From the NCBI GenBank assembly GCA_049519175.1, contig JBEKQZ010000001.1, positions 224,043 through 288,042 of the forward strand: a DNA stretch of 64,000 bases. Reading direction: 5' to 3'. A program made the translations under genes and the position numbers. Shown in pieces: positions 54,829 to 63,379 of the stretch; position 1 is the stretch's first letter, and the number at the start of each line of letters is the position of its first letter. Below the pieces are notes generated by a model, which was given only the letters and a program-made list of their open reading frames with translations, ran no database searches and was not told where the DNA came from. This stretch comes from Candidatus Levyibacteriota bacterium (GTDB taxonomy: Bacteria > Patescibacteriota > Microgenomatia > Levybacterales > UBA12049).

Positions 54829-56574
54829 ATGCATCGGTTTTCATATATTATTAGGACAATTATACTATTTTTTATATTACTTGTAATTACTATATTAATT
54901 AATTCTAACGTAGATAACAGTAATATTTATTATAAATTTAAGAATAACGTATCAGGTGGATTTACTACCATTACACAAAAAAATCAATGGAATGATGTTG
55001 CAAATACTAAAATACTACTGGCCCATAAAAAATTAGACTTAGATTTTACTGCACAATCTGATTACTTAGGTACCATAGCAATCCCATTTGACACGAACAA
55101 TGAGAGTATTCATGACAGAATTGTTTTCCGTATAAAAGAAGCTTCGGAAAAAAACTGGTTTCATCAAAATGTCTATGATACTAACCAAATTCAGGATAAT
55201 GTACCTTTCCCATTCGGTTTTCCTATCATTCAACATTCCAAAGGTATTCATTTTAAAGTCGAGATAGAATCCATGGATGGAAGAAAAAATAATCATTTGT
55301 CTCTAAATACTAATAATAGGTATTTCCTCGCAGAGTATATTTATTCAAAAGCAAATATTTTTCGAAGTCAAAGAGTGCTCTCTCAGTTCTTATATTTTAA
55401 AATTTATGAACACGTTTCTACCTTAACTATACCAGAATTATCGCTCATTATTTTAATATCTTTGATCATTCAGATTCTTCCCTATAAGTCATTATTTTCC
55501 ACCAAGAATAGAAAAAAGTATACAGAAAGTCCCAAGAAGAGTTTTACAAACAGAGTAGATTGGGTTGATGCAGGAAAAGGTTTGGGATTAATTCTAGTTA
55601 TATTTGGTCATTTGGTTACTATGGGTACAGTGCTTTCAAATTGGATTTTTAGTTTTCATATGCCACTTTTTTTCTTTTTATCGGGCTATGTAACTAAAAT
55701 TCCAAATAGAAGTATAAGTTACTCTTCAAAAAGAATATTTGTAAATTTGATAGTGCCATATTTTGTTTTTGTAACAGTCGGATTGCTTGTATCTTTGGCT
55801 ATACCAATATGGAGACATATAAATATTGATCAATTATTAGTTGAACTTTTTTATTCTGGTGTACCAAGTAGTATACAAGTTTCTCAATTATGGTTTCTAA
55901 TTTGTTTAGCGGTAACTCAATTTATGGCAATTGTTTTTTTCAGGTTAAATCATAAAGATATAACTATAACCATTATGTTAGTTTTTGTATTCGCTTTGAT
56001 AGCGTATTTAATTAATATATATCAAATTGGTTTTTGGGTACACGGAGTTTATTATCGTTTACCTTGGATGACAGATACAGCTTTTATGGGTTTATTTTTT
56101 TTCTTGATAGGATTTTACTCAAATTCTTTAAAGATTTTTTCCAAATTGACCTCACATTTTTCATATTCAAATATTGTTAAAATTTTGATTTTTTTAATAA
56201 TAAGTTTTTATTTTGGGACTCAATTAAACCATGGAGCTAGCTTAAGTGCAAACTTTTATGGAAATCTAACGTATTTTCTCATTGCTGCTTTAGCAGGTAT
56301 TATATTTATTATATATATATCAAGATTTTTTGAGAATAATAAACTGCTTATATATTTAGGAAAAAATACACTTCCGATATATGCAAGTCAATCATTTATT
56401 CTTTCTTTATTTCAGTACTTATTAAATTTAATCTTACATAAAAAATTTGCAATTATGGTAAATGTTCCGTTATTGTTATGCTTTTTGGGTCTAGTCTTAA
56501 TTATTGCAGTGCTTATAATAGTTTCTATTGTTTACAATAATACTATCCAAAAACTTATTTTAAAACTGCAATGA
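54829..56574 (+). CDS. Membrane O-acyltransferase (acyltransferase-3/OafA family) carrying the novel conserved N-terminal domain
   Basis: N-dom: SDYLGTIAIPFDTNNESIHDRIVFRIKEASEKNWFHQNVYDTNQIQDNVPFPFGFPII..VEIESMDGRKNNHLSLN. Acyl_transf_3 start: RVDWVDAGKGLGLILVIFGHLV, with about 10 TM. ATG at 54829. The ORF-track start at 54781 is GTG. Confidence 0.65.
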   Translation: MHRFSYIIRTIILFFILLVITILINSNVDNSNIYYKFKNNVSGGFTTITQKNQWNDVANTKILLAHKKLDLDFTAQSDYLGTIAIPFDTNNESIHDRIVFRIKEASEKNWFHQNVYDTNQIQDNVPFPFGFPIIQHSKGIHFKVEIESMDGRKNNHLSLNTNNRYFLAEYIYSKANIFRSQRVLSQFLYFKIYEHVSTLTIPELSLIILISLIIQILPYKSLFSTKNRKKYTESPKKSFTNRVDWVDAGKGLGLILVIFGHLVTMGTVLSNWIFSFHMPLFFFLSGYVTKIPNRSISYSSKRIFVNLIVPYFVFVTVGLLVSLAIPIWRHINIDQLLVELFYSGVPSSIQVSQLWFLICLAVTQFMAIVFFRLNHKDITITIMLVFVFALIAYLINIYQIGFWVHGVYYRLPWMTDTAFMGLFFFLIGFYSNSLKIFSKLTSHFSYSNIVKILIFLIISFYFGTQLNHGASLSANFYGNLTYFLIAALAGIIFIIYISRFFENNKLLIYLGKNTLPIYASQSFILSLFQYLLNLILHKKFAIMVNVPLLLCFLGLVLIIAVLIIVSIVYNNTIQKLILKLQ

Positions 56575-56584
56575 GCTTCAACCG

Positions 56585-56614
56585 TTGACAAGCATCCTAA
56601 GTTTGCCATACAAT
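56585..56614 (+). promoter_or_regulatory. Near-consensus sigma70-type promoter TTGACA-N18-TACAAT upstream of the methyltransferase gene
   Basis: TTGACA at 56585-56590 and TACAAT at 56609-56614, with the ATG at 56632. It lies in one of the few intergenic gaps. Confidence 0.4.
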
Positions 56615-56631
56615 CAATCACATAAATTTCT

Positions 56632-57339
56632 ATGACTGTATTTGATAAGTATGCTGACAATTATGACGAAGGACACGTCAAAGCGGTTGCGATGTCCGGA
56701 TTTAAACCCTCCCACTTCCACGAATATAAATTAAAAGAAGTTCTGGAATATCTTAAAGAGAATGGTTTGGCAAATAAAAAACTTAAATTCCTAGATTTTG
56801 GGTGCGGTACGGGAAGTAGCGTAAAGTACATAAAAAAATATTTACCCAAGGCTTCTGTTTACGGAGTCGACGTTTCCAAGGAGGAAATTAGAGTTGCCAA
56901 AGCCAATAGTAAAGGCCTTAAAGATGTGACGTTTGCCGCTTTTGACGGAACTAATATTCCCTTTACCGTTAAGTTTGACGTTATATTTATTGCCAATGTT
57001 TTCCACCATATTAGACGCGATAAACATAAAAAAGTGATGAAAAATATCTACGCTAAATTGGCAGACGACGGAATTCTGTTTATGTTTGAGCTTAATAAGC
57101 TGAATCCGTTAACTATGTTTGTGGCAATCAGGAATGATTATAAATTTGATAAAGATGCAAACCTTTTAAACCCGTTTTATGCAAAAAGGCTATTGCGAAA
57201 TGCAGGTTTTTTAAATAGCAAGGTTACTTATACGATATTCTTTCCCCAATTCCTTTCAGCGTTAATTCCACTGGAAAAATATCTCCGTTGGTTTCCTTTT
57301 GGAGCACATTACTTTTATGTTGCCAAGAAAAGCGAGTGA
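56632..57339 (+). CDS. Class I SAM-dependent methyltransferase
   Basis: KFLDFGCGTGSS (motif I) and VIFIANVFHHI. Confidence 0.7.
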   Translation: MTVFDKYADNYDEGHVKAVAMSGFKPSHFHEYKLKEVLEYLKENGLANKKLKFLDFGCGTGSSVKYIKKYLPKASVYGVDVSKEEIRVAKANSKGLKDVTFAAFDGTNIPFTVKFDVIFIANVFHHIRRDKHKKVMKNIYAKLADDGILFMFELNKLNPLTMFVAIRNDYKFDKDANLLNPFYAKRLLRNAGFLNSKVTYTIFFPQFLSALIPLEKYLRWFPFGAHYFYVAKKSE

Positions 57340-59461
57340 TATAATAGTCTTCATGCGTAAGTTTATCGCGCCCCTTTTATTACTGTCGTTAATTATAGTT
57401 GTCTTTCATTCATGGTTTAATTCCGGATTTTTAACTTCAAATGATTTTCTCTATTTTTCTAAGTCTATGATAAAAGATGCCACTTTTAATATTTATGCCT
57501 GGGATTGGCATAGTGGTCTTGATGGTTTTGCAAGATTTGTTTCTCCATATTCATGGATTTTTCCCTTTATAAATTTTCCACAAGTAGTATTTGGTAAATT
57601 GGGATTTGATTGGGCCTTTATAGAAAGGGTTGTTTACTTTTATCCACTCCTACTGCTTTTGATATTTTCTCCGATTCTTCTTGTAAAATATTTTTTCCCA
57701 AAAAATAAGTTTTATTTATTTTCCGTGCTTATTTTTGCTTTTAATACTTATTCATTATTGTTGGCCGGAGGAGAGATATTTCTTGCTCTAGCATATTCCT
57801 TGATGCCTATTGTTTTGGTTTTATTTGCTCACATGATCGATATTCGCAACAATGACGGATTTTCAAAATATAAATATTCTTTTATTGCAGGTTTAGTATT
57901 TGCCGTTCAAATAATGATAGACCCAAGGTTTGCGTTCGTAACGGTATTTTGCGTAGTTTTCTATTCGATATTTTATGCCATTTTTAAGGTTGGGAATTTT
58001 AACAAAGACAAGATAAAGAAATATGTTTATAATTTAATATTCATCTTTCTGATTCCCGGAATAATTGCAGTATTGCTTCATGCTTTTTGGATAATTCCTT
58101 CAATAATGCACGGAGGAAACCCCGTCGAAGCGCTAGGGGTTTCTTATTCGACCGGTGGTGCAGTTCAATATTTGAGTTTCGCAAAACTGGAAAATACAAT
58201 TTCGCTTTTGCACCCCAACTGGCCGGAAAATATCTTTGGGAAAGTTTATTTCATGCGGCCGGAATTTTTACTATTACCGGTTCTGGCTTTTGCGTCCCTA
58301 TTTTTTATTTCCAAAACCAAAGATCAAAAAACCAATATCTATGTGCTGTTCTTTGCGCTTTTAGGATTAGTCGGAGCATTTTTGGCCAAAGGCGCAAACG
58401 ACCCTTTCGGCGCAGTATATCTATGGGCATTTAATCATATTCCGGGGTTTATTATGTTTCGGGATCCCGCAAAATGGTATCCGCTGGTCGCGATTTCGTA
58501 TTCGATACTAATTCCCTTCACAATATGGCAAATTTATGAATTTCTAAAATCCCATTCTAAGTTTTCAATTTTCAATCCTCAATTCTCAATCAAAAACAAA
58601 TTTTTCAATTTGCCCCACTTCGCTACGGCTTCGAGGGGCAAGCAAAACCTATTTCTGTTTTTGGTTTTGGTTTATATGTTATTTCTGATTAGACCTGCGA
58701 TATTAGGGCAACTGGGCGGAATGTTTAAGGCTACTGTTATTCCGAATGATTATGTAAAGTTAGAAAAGTTTTTAGTAAATCAGCCAGATTATTTTAGAAC
58801 GCTTTGGGTGCCTTCAAAGCAAAGATTTGGTTATTACTCCAATAATCATCCGGAAATGTCCGCGCAAGTCTTATTTAATGTTACCGATAATCAAAGCTTA
58901 TTCAAAAAGCTATCGGAGGAAAATACGGAAAATCTTTTGCAAGAGGCGTCGATAAAATATGTAATTATTCCCTATGATTCCGAAAAAGAAATATTTTTAT
59001 CTGACAGGAAATACGATAATTTAATTTACTTACAAACAGTACGAGAGACTCAAAAAATACCATGGCTTAAACAAGTCGCCAGTTTTGGGAAAATAATGGT
59101 TTTTGCAGTTCCTAATCCAAAAGGCCATTTTTGGTCTCCATCAAAAACGCTTTCTTTAGCTTATGAATACATAAACCCTGTTAAGTATTCAGTCAATATA
59201 AAAAATGCTAAGAAAGGGGACATTATTGTCTTTGCAGAAAGCTATGATGTGAAATGGATTGCCGAAAATTCAACGTTTCATGTTCAAAGCTCAAAGTTCG
59301 ATAATGAATTCAACAGCTTCGTTTTACCAGCCAACGGAAACTATAATCTAAGAATCTATTATACGCCTCAGGATTACGTTAATATTGGCCTAGCAATTAG
59401 TGGGGTTACTTTATTTATTCTAGCCGGCGGCTTGTTGTTTTTAATAATTAAGAAAAAATGA
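57317..59461 (+). CDS. Large polytopic membrane protein with beta-rich C-terminal domain and terminal TM anchor (YfhO-like architecture)
   Basis: About 14 TM in the N-terminal 480 aa. The C-term YDVKWIAENSTFHVQSS..GNYNLRIYYTPQ is followed by a final TM plus KKK. The start is uncertain: ATG at 57317 or 57353, and the ORF track gives TTG at 57299. Confidence 0.45.
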   Translation: MLPRKASDIIVFMRKFIAPLLLLSLIIVVFHSWFNSGFLTSNDFLYFSKSMIKDATFNIYAWDWHSGLDGFARFVSPYSWIFPFINFPQVVFGKLGFDWAFIERVVYFYPLLLLLIFSPILLVKYFFPKNKFYLFSVLIFAFNTYSLLLAGGEIFLALAYSLMPIVLVLFAHMIDIRNNDGFSKYKYSFIAGLVFAVQIMIDPRFAFVTVFCVVFYSIFYAIFKVGNFNKDKIKKYVYNLIFIFLIPGIIAVLLHAFWIIPSIMHGGNPVEALGVSYSTGGAVQYLSFAKLENTISLLHPNWPENIFGKVYFMRPEFLLLPVLAFASLFFISKTKDQKTNIYVLFFALLGLVGAFLAKGANDPFGAVYLWAFNHIPGFIMFRDPAKWYPLVAISYSILIPFTIWQIYEFLKSHSKFSIFNPQFSIKNKFFNLPHFATASRGKQNLFLFLVLVYMLFLIRPAILGQLGGMFKATVIPNDYVKLEKFLVNQPDYFRTLWVPSKQRFGYYSNNHPEMSAQVLFNVTDNQSLFKKLSEENTENLLQEASIKYVIIPYDSEKEIFLSDRKYDNLIYLQTVRETQKIPWLKQVASFGKIMVFAVPNPKGHFWSPSKTLSLAYEYINPVKYSVNIKNAKKGDIIVFAESYDVKWIAENSTFHVQSSKFDNEFNSFVLPANGNYNLRIYYTPQDYVNIGLAISGVTLFILAGGLLFLIIKKK

Positions 59462-59685
59462 AAATACAGGATATATTATTTTTAGTTATATTGGTAATTT
59501 TGTTTTTTAAGCACAAAGAGAATTCTTTTGTGGCTTTTGGCTTACTGTGTTTTTTTCTGGCAATGCCATTTTTCTATTTTTGGGTTTTCTTTACGGCGGA
59601 AAGACTCGTCTACTATGGAACATTATTAGTTCTAATAGAAATTTTATTTAAATTCATTCAATTTGGAATAAAGCCCCGGAAATGA
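59458..59685 (+). CDS. Small (75 aa) hydrophobic membrane protein immediately upstream of GtrB-like gene
   Basis: ATGA overlap with the upstream stop. 2-3 TM segments. Its position is analogous to gtrA in gtrAB(C) clusters, but it is too short for a canonical GtrA. Confidence 0.35.
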   Translation: MKIQDILFLVILVILFFKHKENSFVAFGLLCFFLAMPFFYFWVFFTAERLVYYGTLLVLIEILFKFIQFGIKPRK

Positions 59686-59734
59686 TAAAATAGATTTAAG
59701 CTCAATTTCAGTAATCGAAGTTAGCATCAAGAAT

Positions 59735-60670
59735 ATGATTAGCGCAGTCGTCCCGGCATTCAATGAGGAAGAAAGCCTTAATGAGCTTTATAAGGTTTTG
59801 TCAGTAAATTTACTTAAGCTTGGTCAAGAATACGAAATAATTTTTGTTGATGACGGCTCAACCGACTCCACGCTTCAAATTCTGCAAAAATTAGCCTCAA
59901 AAGATAAAACCATCAGAATTTTCTCTTTTCGGAAAAACCGCGGTAAAGCAGAAGCGTTAACGGTTGGTTTTCAAATGGCAAAAGGGGATTATATTGTCAC
60001 TTTGGATGCGGATTTGCAGGATCGACCGGAAGAAATAAAAAAACTTTTAGATAAGGCAAAGGAAGGCTTTGATTTAGTTTCCGGTTGGAGAAAAGACAGA
60101 AAAGACGCGCTTAGAACCAGATTGTCTTCCCAGTTCTTTAATTTTATCATGAGTTCCTTTTGGGGAGTGCACTTGCACGACTATAATTGCGGATTAAAAC
60201 TTTATACTAAAGAAGCTGCCAGAAGCCTTAACTTATACGGAGGAATGTACCGGTTTATTCCTTTGCTGGTGGCGGAAAAAGGTTTTGAAGTTACAGAAAT
60301 TCCGGTTGTCCACGAAAAAAGAAAATTCGGAAAATCGAAATACGGATTTTCCAAAATCTTTCGGGATGTCCCCGATATGTTTACAATCCTTTTCCTCTCT
60401 AAATACGCCAAAAGACCCTTGCATTTCTTCGGCTTTGTGGGTGGAATAATTTCGGCCATTGGATTTTTTATAATGATATATCTTACAATTTTGCATTTTA
60501 TGGGACAGCGGATAGGAAATAGGCCCCTACTTACTTTCGGAATGCTCTTGATGCTGGCGGGATTACAACTTTTGTTTACCGGTCTTTTGGCCGACTTGAT
60601 TTTGCATATCTCCCAAAAAGATAGTCAGGGCATAAATCTTAACGAGGGTTTTAAATATAAGACCAAATGA
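59735..60670 (+). CDS. Polyprenol-phosphate glycosyltransferase (GtrB/ArnC/DPM1-like GT2 with C-terminal TM hairpins)
   Basis: ISAVVPAFNEEESL..IIFVDDGSTDST..TLDADLQD. The C-terminal membrane helices (FFGFVGGIISAIGFFIMIYL..LLFTGLLADLIL) are the hallmark of lipid-carrier sugar synthases feeding GT-C enzymes. Confidence 0.85.
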   Translation: MISAVVPAFNEEESLNELYKVLSVNLLKLGQEYEIIFVDDGSTDSTLQILQKLASKDKTIRIFSFRKNRGKAEALTVGFQMAKGDYIVTLDADLQDRPEEIKKLLDKAKEGFDLVSGWRKDRKDALRTRLSSQFFNFIMSSFWGVHLHDYNCGLKLYTKEAARSLNLYGGMYRFIPLLVAEKGFEVTEIPVVHEKRKFGKSKYGFSKIFRDVPDMFTILFLSKYAKRPLHFFGFVGGIISAIGFFIMIYLTILHFMGQRIGNRPLLTFGMLLMLAGLQLLFTGLLADLILHISQKDSQGINLNEGFKYKTK

Positions 60671-61239
60671 AGATAGGAATTGACATCTCACAGTTGGCGT
60701 ATCCCGAAACGGGAGTGGCAAACTATTTGCAAAATCTCGTTCAGAATTTAATCGAAATAGACAAAAAAAACGAATATATACTTTTTTTCTCTTCGTTAAG
60801 AGGAAAACTTAAAACTGAAAACTTAAAGCTAAAGAGTAGCCTAAATGTTCAAATAAAAACTTTTCGGATTCCGCCGACAATTCTGGATATTCTTTGGAAT
60901 AAGCTGCATATATTGCCGATAGAAAGCCTAATTGGCGATGTTGATATTTTTATTACCTCTGACTGGACAGAGCCGCCCGCCAAGAAGGCCAAAAAAGTGA
61001 CTATCCTCTATGATTTGATAGTCTATAAATATCCTGGGGAATCTCATCACCAAACTAGCTTTAATCCGCTCAAGTTAATTATTTCGCCCAATATTGTCGA
61101 TGTTCAAAAGCGGAAATTGAAGTGGGTTAAAAAAGAATCTCAAAGAATCTTTTGTATCTCAGAAGCGACCAAAAAAAATGCAGAGGAGATTTTAGGAATT
61201 CCCCAAAACAAGCTAGCGGTAATTTACCCGGGTTTCTAG
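60667..61239 (+). pseudogene. Truncated GT4 glycosyltransferase (N-terminal domain only; catalytic C-terminal half missing)
   Basis: 190 aa. MKIGIDISQLAYPETGVANYL.. aligns with the N-terminal domains of the full GT4s at 27245 and 62258. It stops at ..KLAVIYPGF, the position where the paralogs continue into the EX7E domain. Confidence 0.6.
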
Positions 61240-61240
61240 A

Positions 61241-61280
61241 CATATCTGGAAATATCTGGTAATATCTGGAAGTATATGGA
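61241..61280 (+). repeat. Four tandem copies of a 10-bp unit (cATATCTGGa / aATATCTGGt / aATATCTGGa / agTATATGGa) between the truncated GT4 and the Fic gene
   Basis: Directly visible. The Fic ATG (61276) lies within the fourth, degenerate copy. Confidence 0.7.
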
Positions 61281-62253
61281 AATTCCTCTAGAGTATGAAT
61301 TAACGAAGGTAATGGTCGATTTGATCTCCAAAATCGAAGCAAAAAAGGCAATTATTGAAACTACTCCGGTTTCGGAACGCTTAACAAAAACACTGCGAAG
61401 ACAGTCTCTCCTTAAAAGTTCTTTATTTTCCGCCAAAATTGAAGGCAATAAGCTTAATTTATCAGATTTGAAACGTCTAGATAAGTTTGACCCGGATTAC
61501 GAGCAAAGAATTGAAGTGGAAAATATTTTATCGGCATTATCTTTCGTAAACGGCGATCCGCATAGAAACATTAACCTTGATTATATCTTAAGTTTACACG
61601 CAATAGTCATGAAGCATTTGGGAAGCGATTTAGGAAGAATACGCAACGAACCGAGCGCAATATTTAACGAATCGGGCTTCCCTGTCTATATTCCGCCTCC
61701 GCCATCCGAGCTTGGGGGTTTGCTTGATAGGCTCGTTTCCTATATTGGTATTAAGACAAATGAAAATGTTTTGATCAAAGCTTCTCTTACGCATCTCTCT
61801 TTTGAGAAAATCCATCCTTTTATTGACGGCAACGGCAGAGTAGGAAGGCTTTTGTTCCACGCAGTCGCCATAAAAGAAGGCTACGATTTTAAAGGACTAC
61901 TCTCCATAGAAGAATTATTGAATGAAAGAAAAGCCGAATATTATGAATATTTGGATAGAAGCGATGCGACTTCATTTATAGAATTCATGCTGGAAATCAT
62001 CAATGGACAGCTTCAGAAGGTGCTTGATGAGATTAATAATAAGCAAGAAACCTCGGAAGATTTGCTTTTGCCCCGCAGAAAAGAGATATTAGATGTAATA
62101 AGGGATCATGGGGTGATGTCCTTAGATTCCATACGAAGACGTTTTCTTAAGGTATCTTCCAGGATGATTAGATATGATTTAAAGAAACTGGAAGAACAAG
62201 GATTTATAATTAAACTTGGAACTACCAGGGGAGCAATGTATAAGCTAAAATAA
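61276..62253 (+). CDS. Fic-domain protein (AMPylase-type, class II inhibitory motif) with C-terminal winged-helix DNA-binding domain
   Basis: Canonical Fic motif HPFIDGNGRVGRLL. Upstream inhibitory-helix motif SAKIEGN ([S/T]xxxE[G/N]). C-terminal wHTH-like segment DVIRDHGVMSLDSIRRRFLKVSSRMIRYDLKKLEEQGFI. Confidence 0.85.
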   Translation: MEIPLEYELTKVMVDLISKIEAKKAIIETTPVSERLTKTLRRQSLLKSSLFSAKIEGNKLNLSDLKRLDKFDPDYEQRIEVENILSALSFVNGDPHRNINLDYILSLHAIVMKHLGSDLGRIRNEPSAIFNESGFPVYIPPPPSELGGLLDRLVSYIGIKTNENVLIKASLTHLSFEKIHPFIDGNGRVGRLLFHAVAIKEGYDFKGLLSIEELLNERKAEYYEYLDRSDATSFIEFMLEIINGQLQKVLDEINNKQETSEDLLLPRRKEILDVIRDHGVMSLDSIRRRFLKVSSRMIRYDLKKLEEQGFIIKLGTTRGAMYKLK

Positions 62254-62257
62254 GAAT

Positions 62258-63379
62258 ATGATAATCGGAATTGACGGAAACGAGGCAAACATTGAAGCTA
62301 AAGTCGGCATCAGCGAATATGCCTATGAGTTGCTTTGCCAATTTTCTAAAATTGCATCTTCTAGAAAAGACCTAAAGTTCAAAATTTATTTAAAAAGTAA
62401 TCCGAGAGTGGAAATGCCGGTACCAACCGAAAACTGGCAGTACCAAATAGTTCATCCGAAGAAATTTTGGACGCAAATTGGTTTACCGTTAAAACTTTTT
62501 ATGGAAACAAAAAAACCAGATGTGTTTTTTAGTCCTTCACACTACGCCCCAAGATTCTCGCCTGTTCCAACCGCAATTTCGATTATGGATTTGTCCTACA
62601 TTCATTTTCCCGAGCTTTTTACCAAGCACGATTTGTATCAATTAGTGAATTGGACTAAATATTCCGCCAAAAACGCCAAAAAAATATTCACAATTAGTAA
62701 TTTCAGTAGAGATGATATAATCAAAACATATAAGAAAAAACTGGCAGACGTAGTCACGACTTATTTAGGAATAAAAGAAATATTAAGTAACAAGTATCAA
62801 GTATTAAGTATGGACGATTTAAATAAAAAGTTTGGAATTGAAAAACCCTACATTTTGTTTGTCGGAACGCTCCAGCCTCGAAAAAACATTGTTAAGTTAA
62901 TTGAAGCTTTTTCACTACTCAAAAATAAAGATGTTGAGTTAGTCATTGTGGGTAAAAAAGGTTGGTTGTGGGAAGATATTTTCGCCGCGCCGGAAAAATT
63001 CAAAGTCGCAGAAAAAGTTAAATTTTTAGATTTTGTGGGGAACGAAGACTTACCCAGTTTTTACAAAAACGCACTTTGTTTTGTGTTGCCAAGTTTGTAT
63101 GAAGGTTTTGGGTTGCCGGTTTTGGAAGCGATGAAATTTGGTTGCCCAACGGTAATTAGTGATGTTTCCAGTTTGCCCGAAGTCGGAGGAGATGCTTGCC
63201 TCTATGTTGACCCGCAAAGCGTTGACGATATTGCCCAAAAGCTCAATACGGTAATTTCGGATGAAAAATTACGAGCCGAAATGGTTAAAAAAGGTTATAA
63301 TCAAGTCAAGAAGTTTTCTTGGGAAAAGACAGCCAAGGAAACCTTAAAAGCGCTGGAGGAACTGGGAAAACAAAAATGA
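62258..63379 (+). CDS. GT4 family glycosyltransferase
   Basis: EGFGLPVLEAMKFGCPTVISDVSSLPEVGGD. Full length at 373 aa. Confidence 0.85.
   Translation: MIIGIDGNEANIEAKVGISEYAYELLCQFSKIASSRKDLKFKIYLKSNPRVEMPVPTENWQYQIVHPKKFWTQIGLPLKLFMETKKPDVFFSPSHYAPRFSPVPTAISIMDLSYIHFPELFTKHDLYQLVNWTKYSAKNAKKIFTISNFSRDDIIKTYKKKLADVVTTYLGIKEILSNKYQVLSMDDLNKKFGIEKPYILFVGTLQPRKNIVKLIEAFSLLKNKDVELVIVGKKGWLWEDIFAAPEKFKVAEKVKFLDFVGNEDLPSFYKNALCFVLPSLYEGFGLPVLEAMKFGCPTVISDVSSLPEVGGDACLYVDPQSVDDIAQKLNTVISDEKLRAEMVKKGYNQVKKFSWEKTAKETLKALEELGKQK

Noticed and set aside
58087-58434. 115-aa + strand ORF in an alternative frame inside the 57317-59461 membrane-protein gene
   Set aside because: It is embedded in a longer, hydrophobic-helix-rich ORF. 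Its Arg-rich composition is typical of off-frame translation of AT-rich coding DNA.
58555-58605. Run of TCAAT/TTCAAT-like short repeats (ttttcaattttcaatcctcaattctcaatcaaaaacaaatttttcaattt)
   Set aside because: It lies within coding sequence (encodes SKFSIFNPQFSIKNKFFNL). It is a low-complexity, imperfect repeat. No evidence that it is more than compositional bias.
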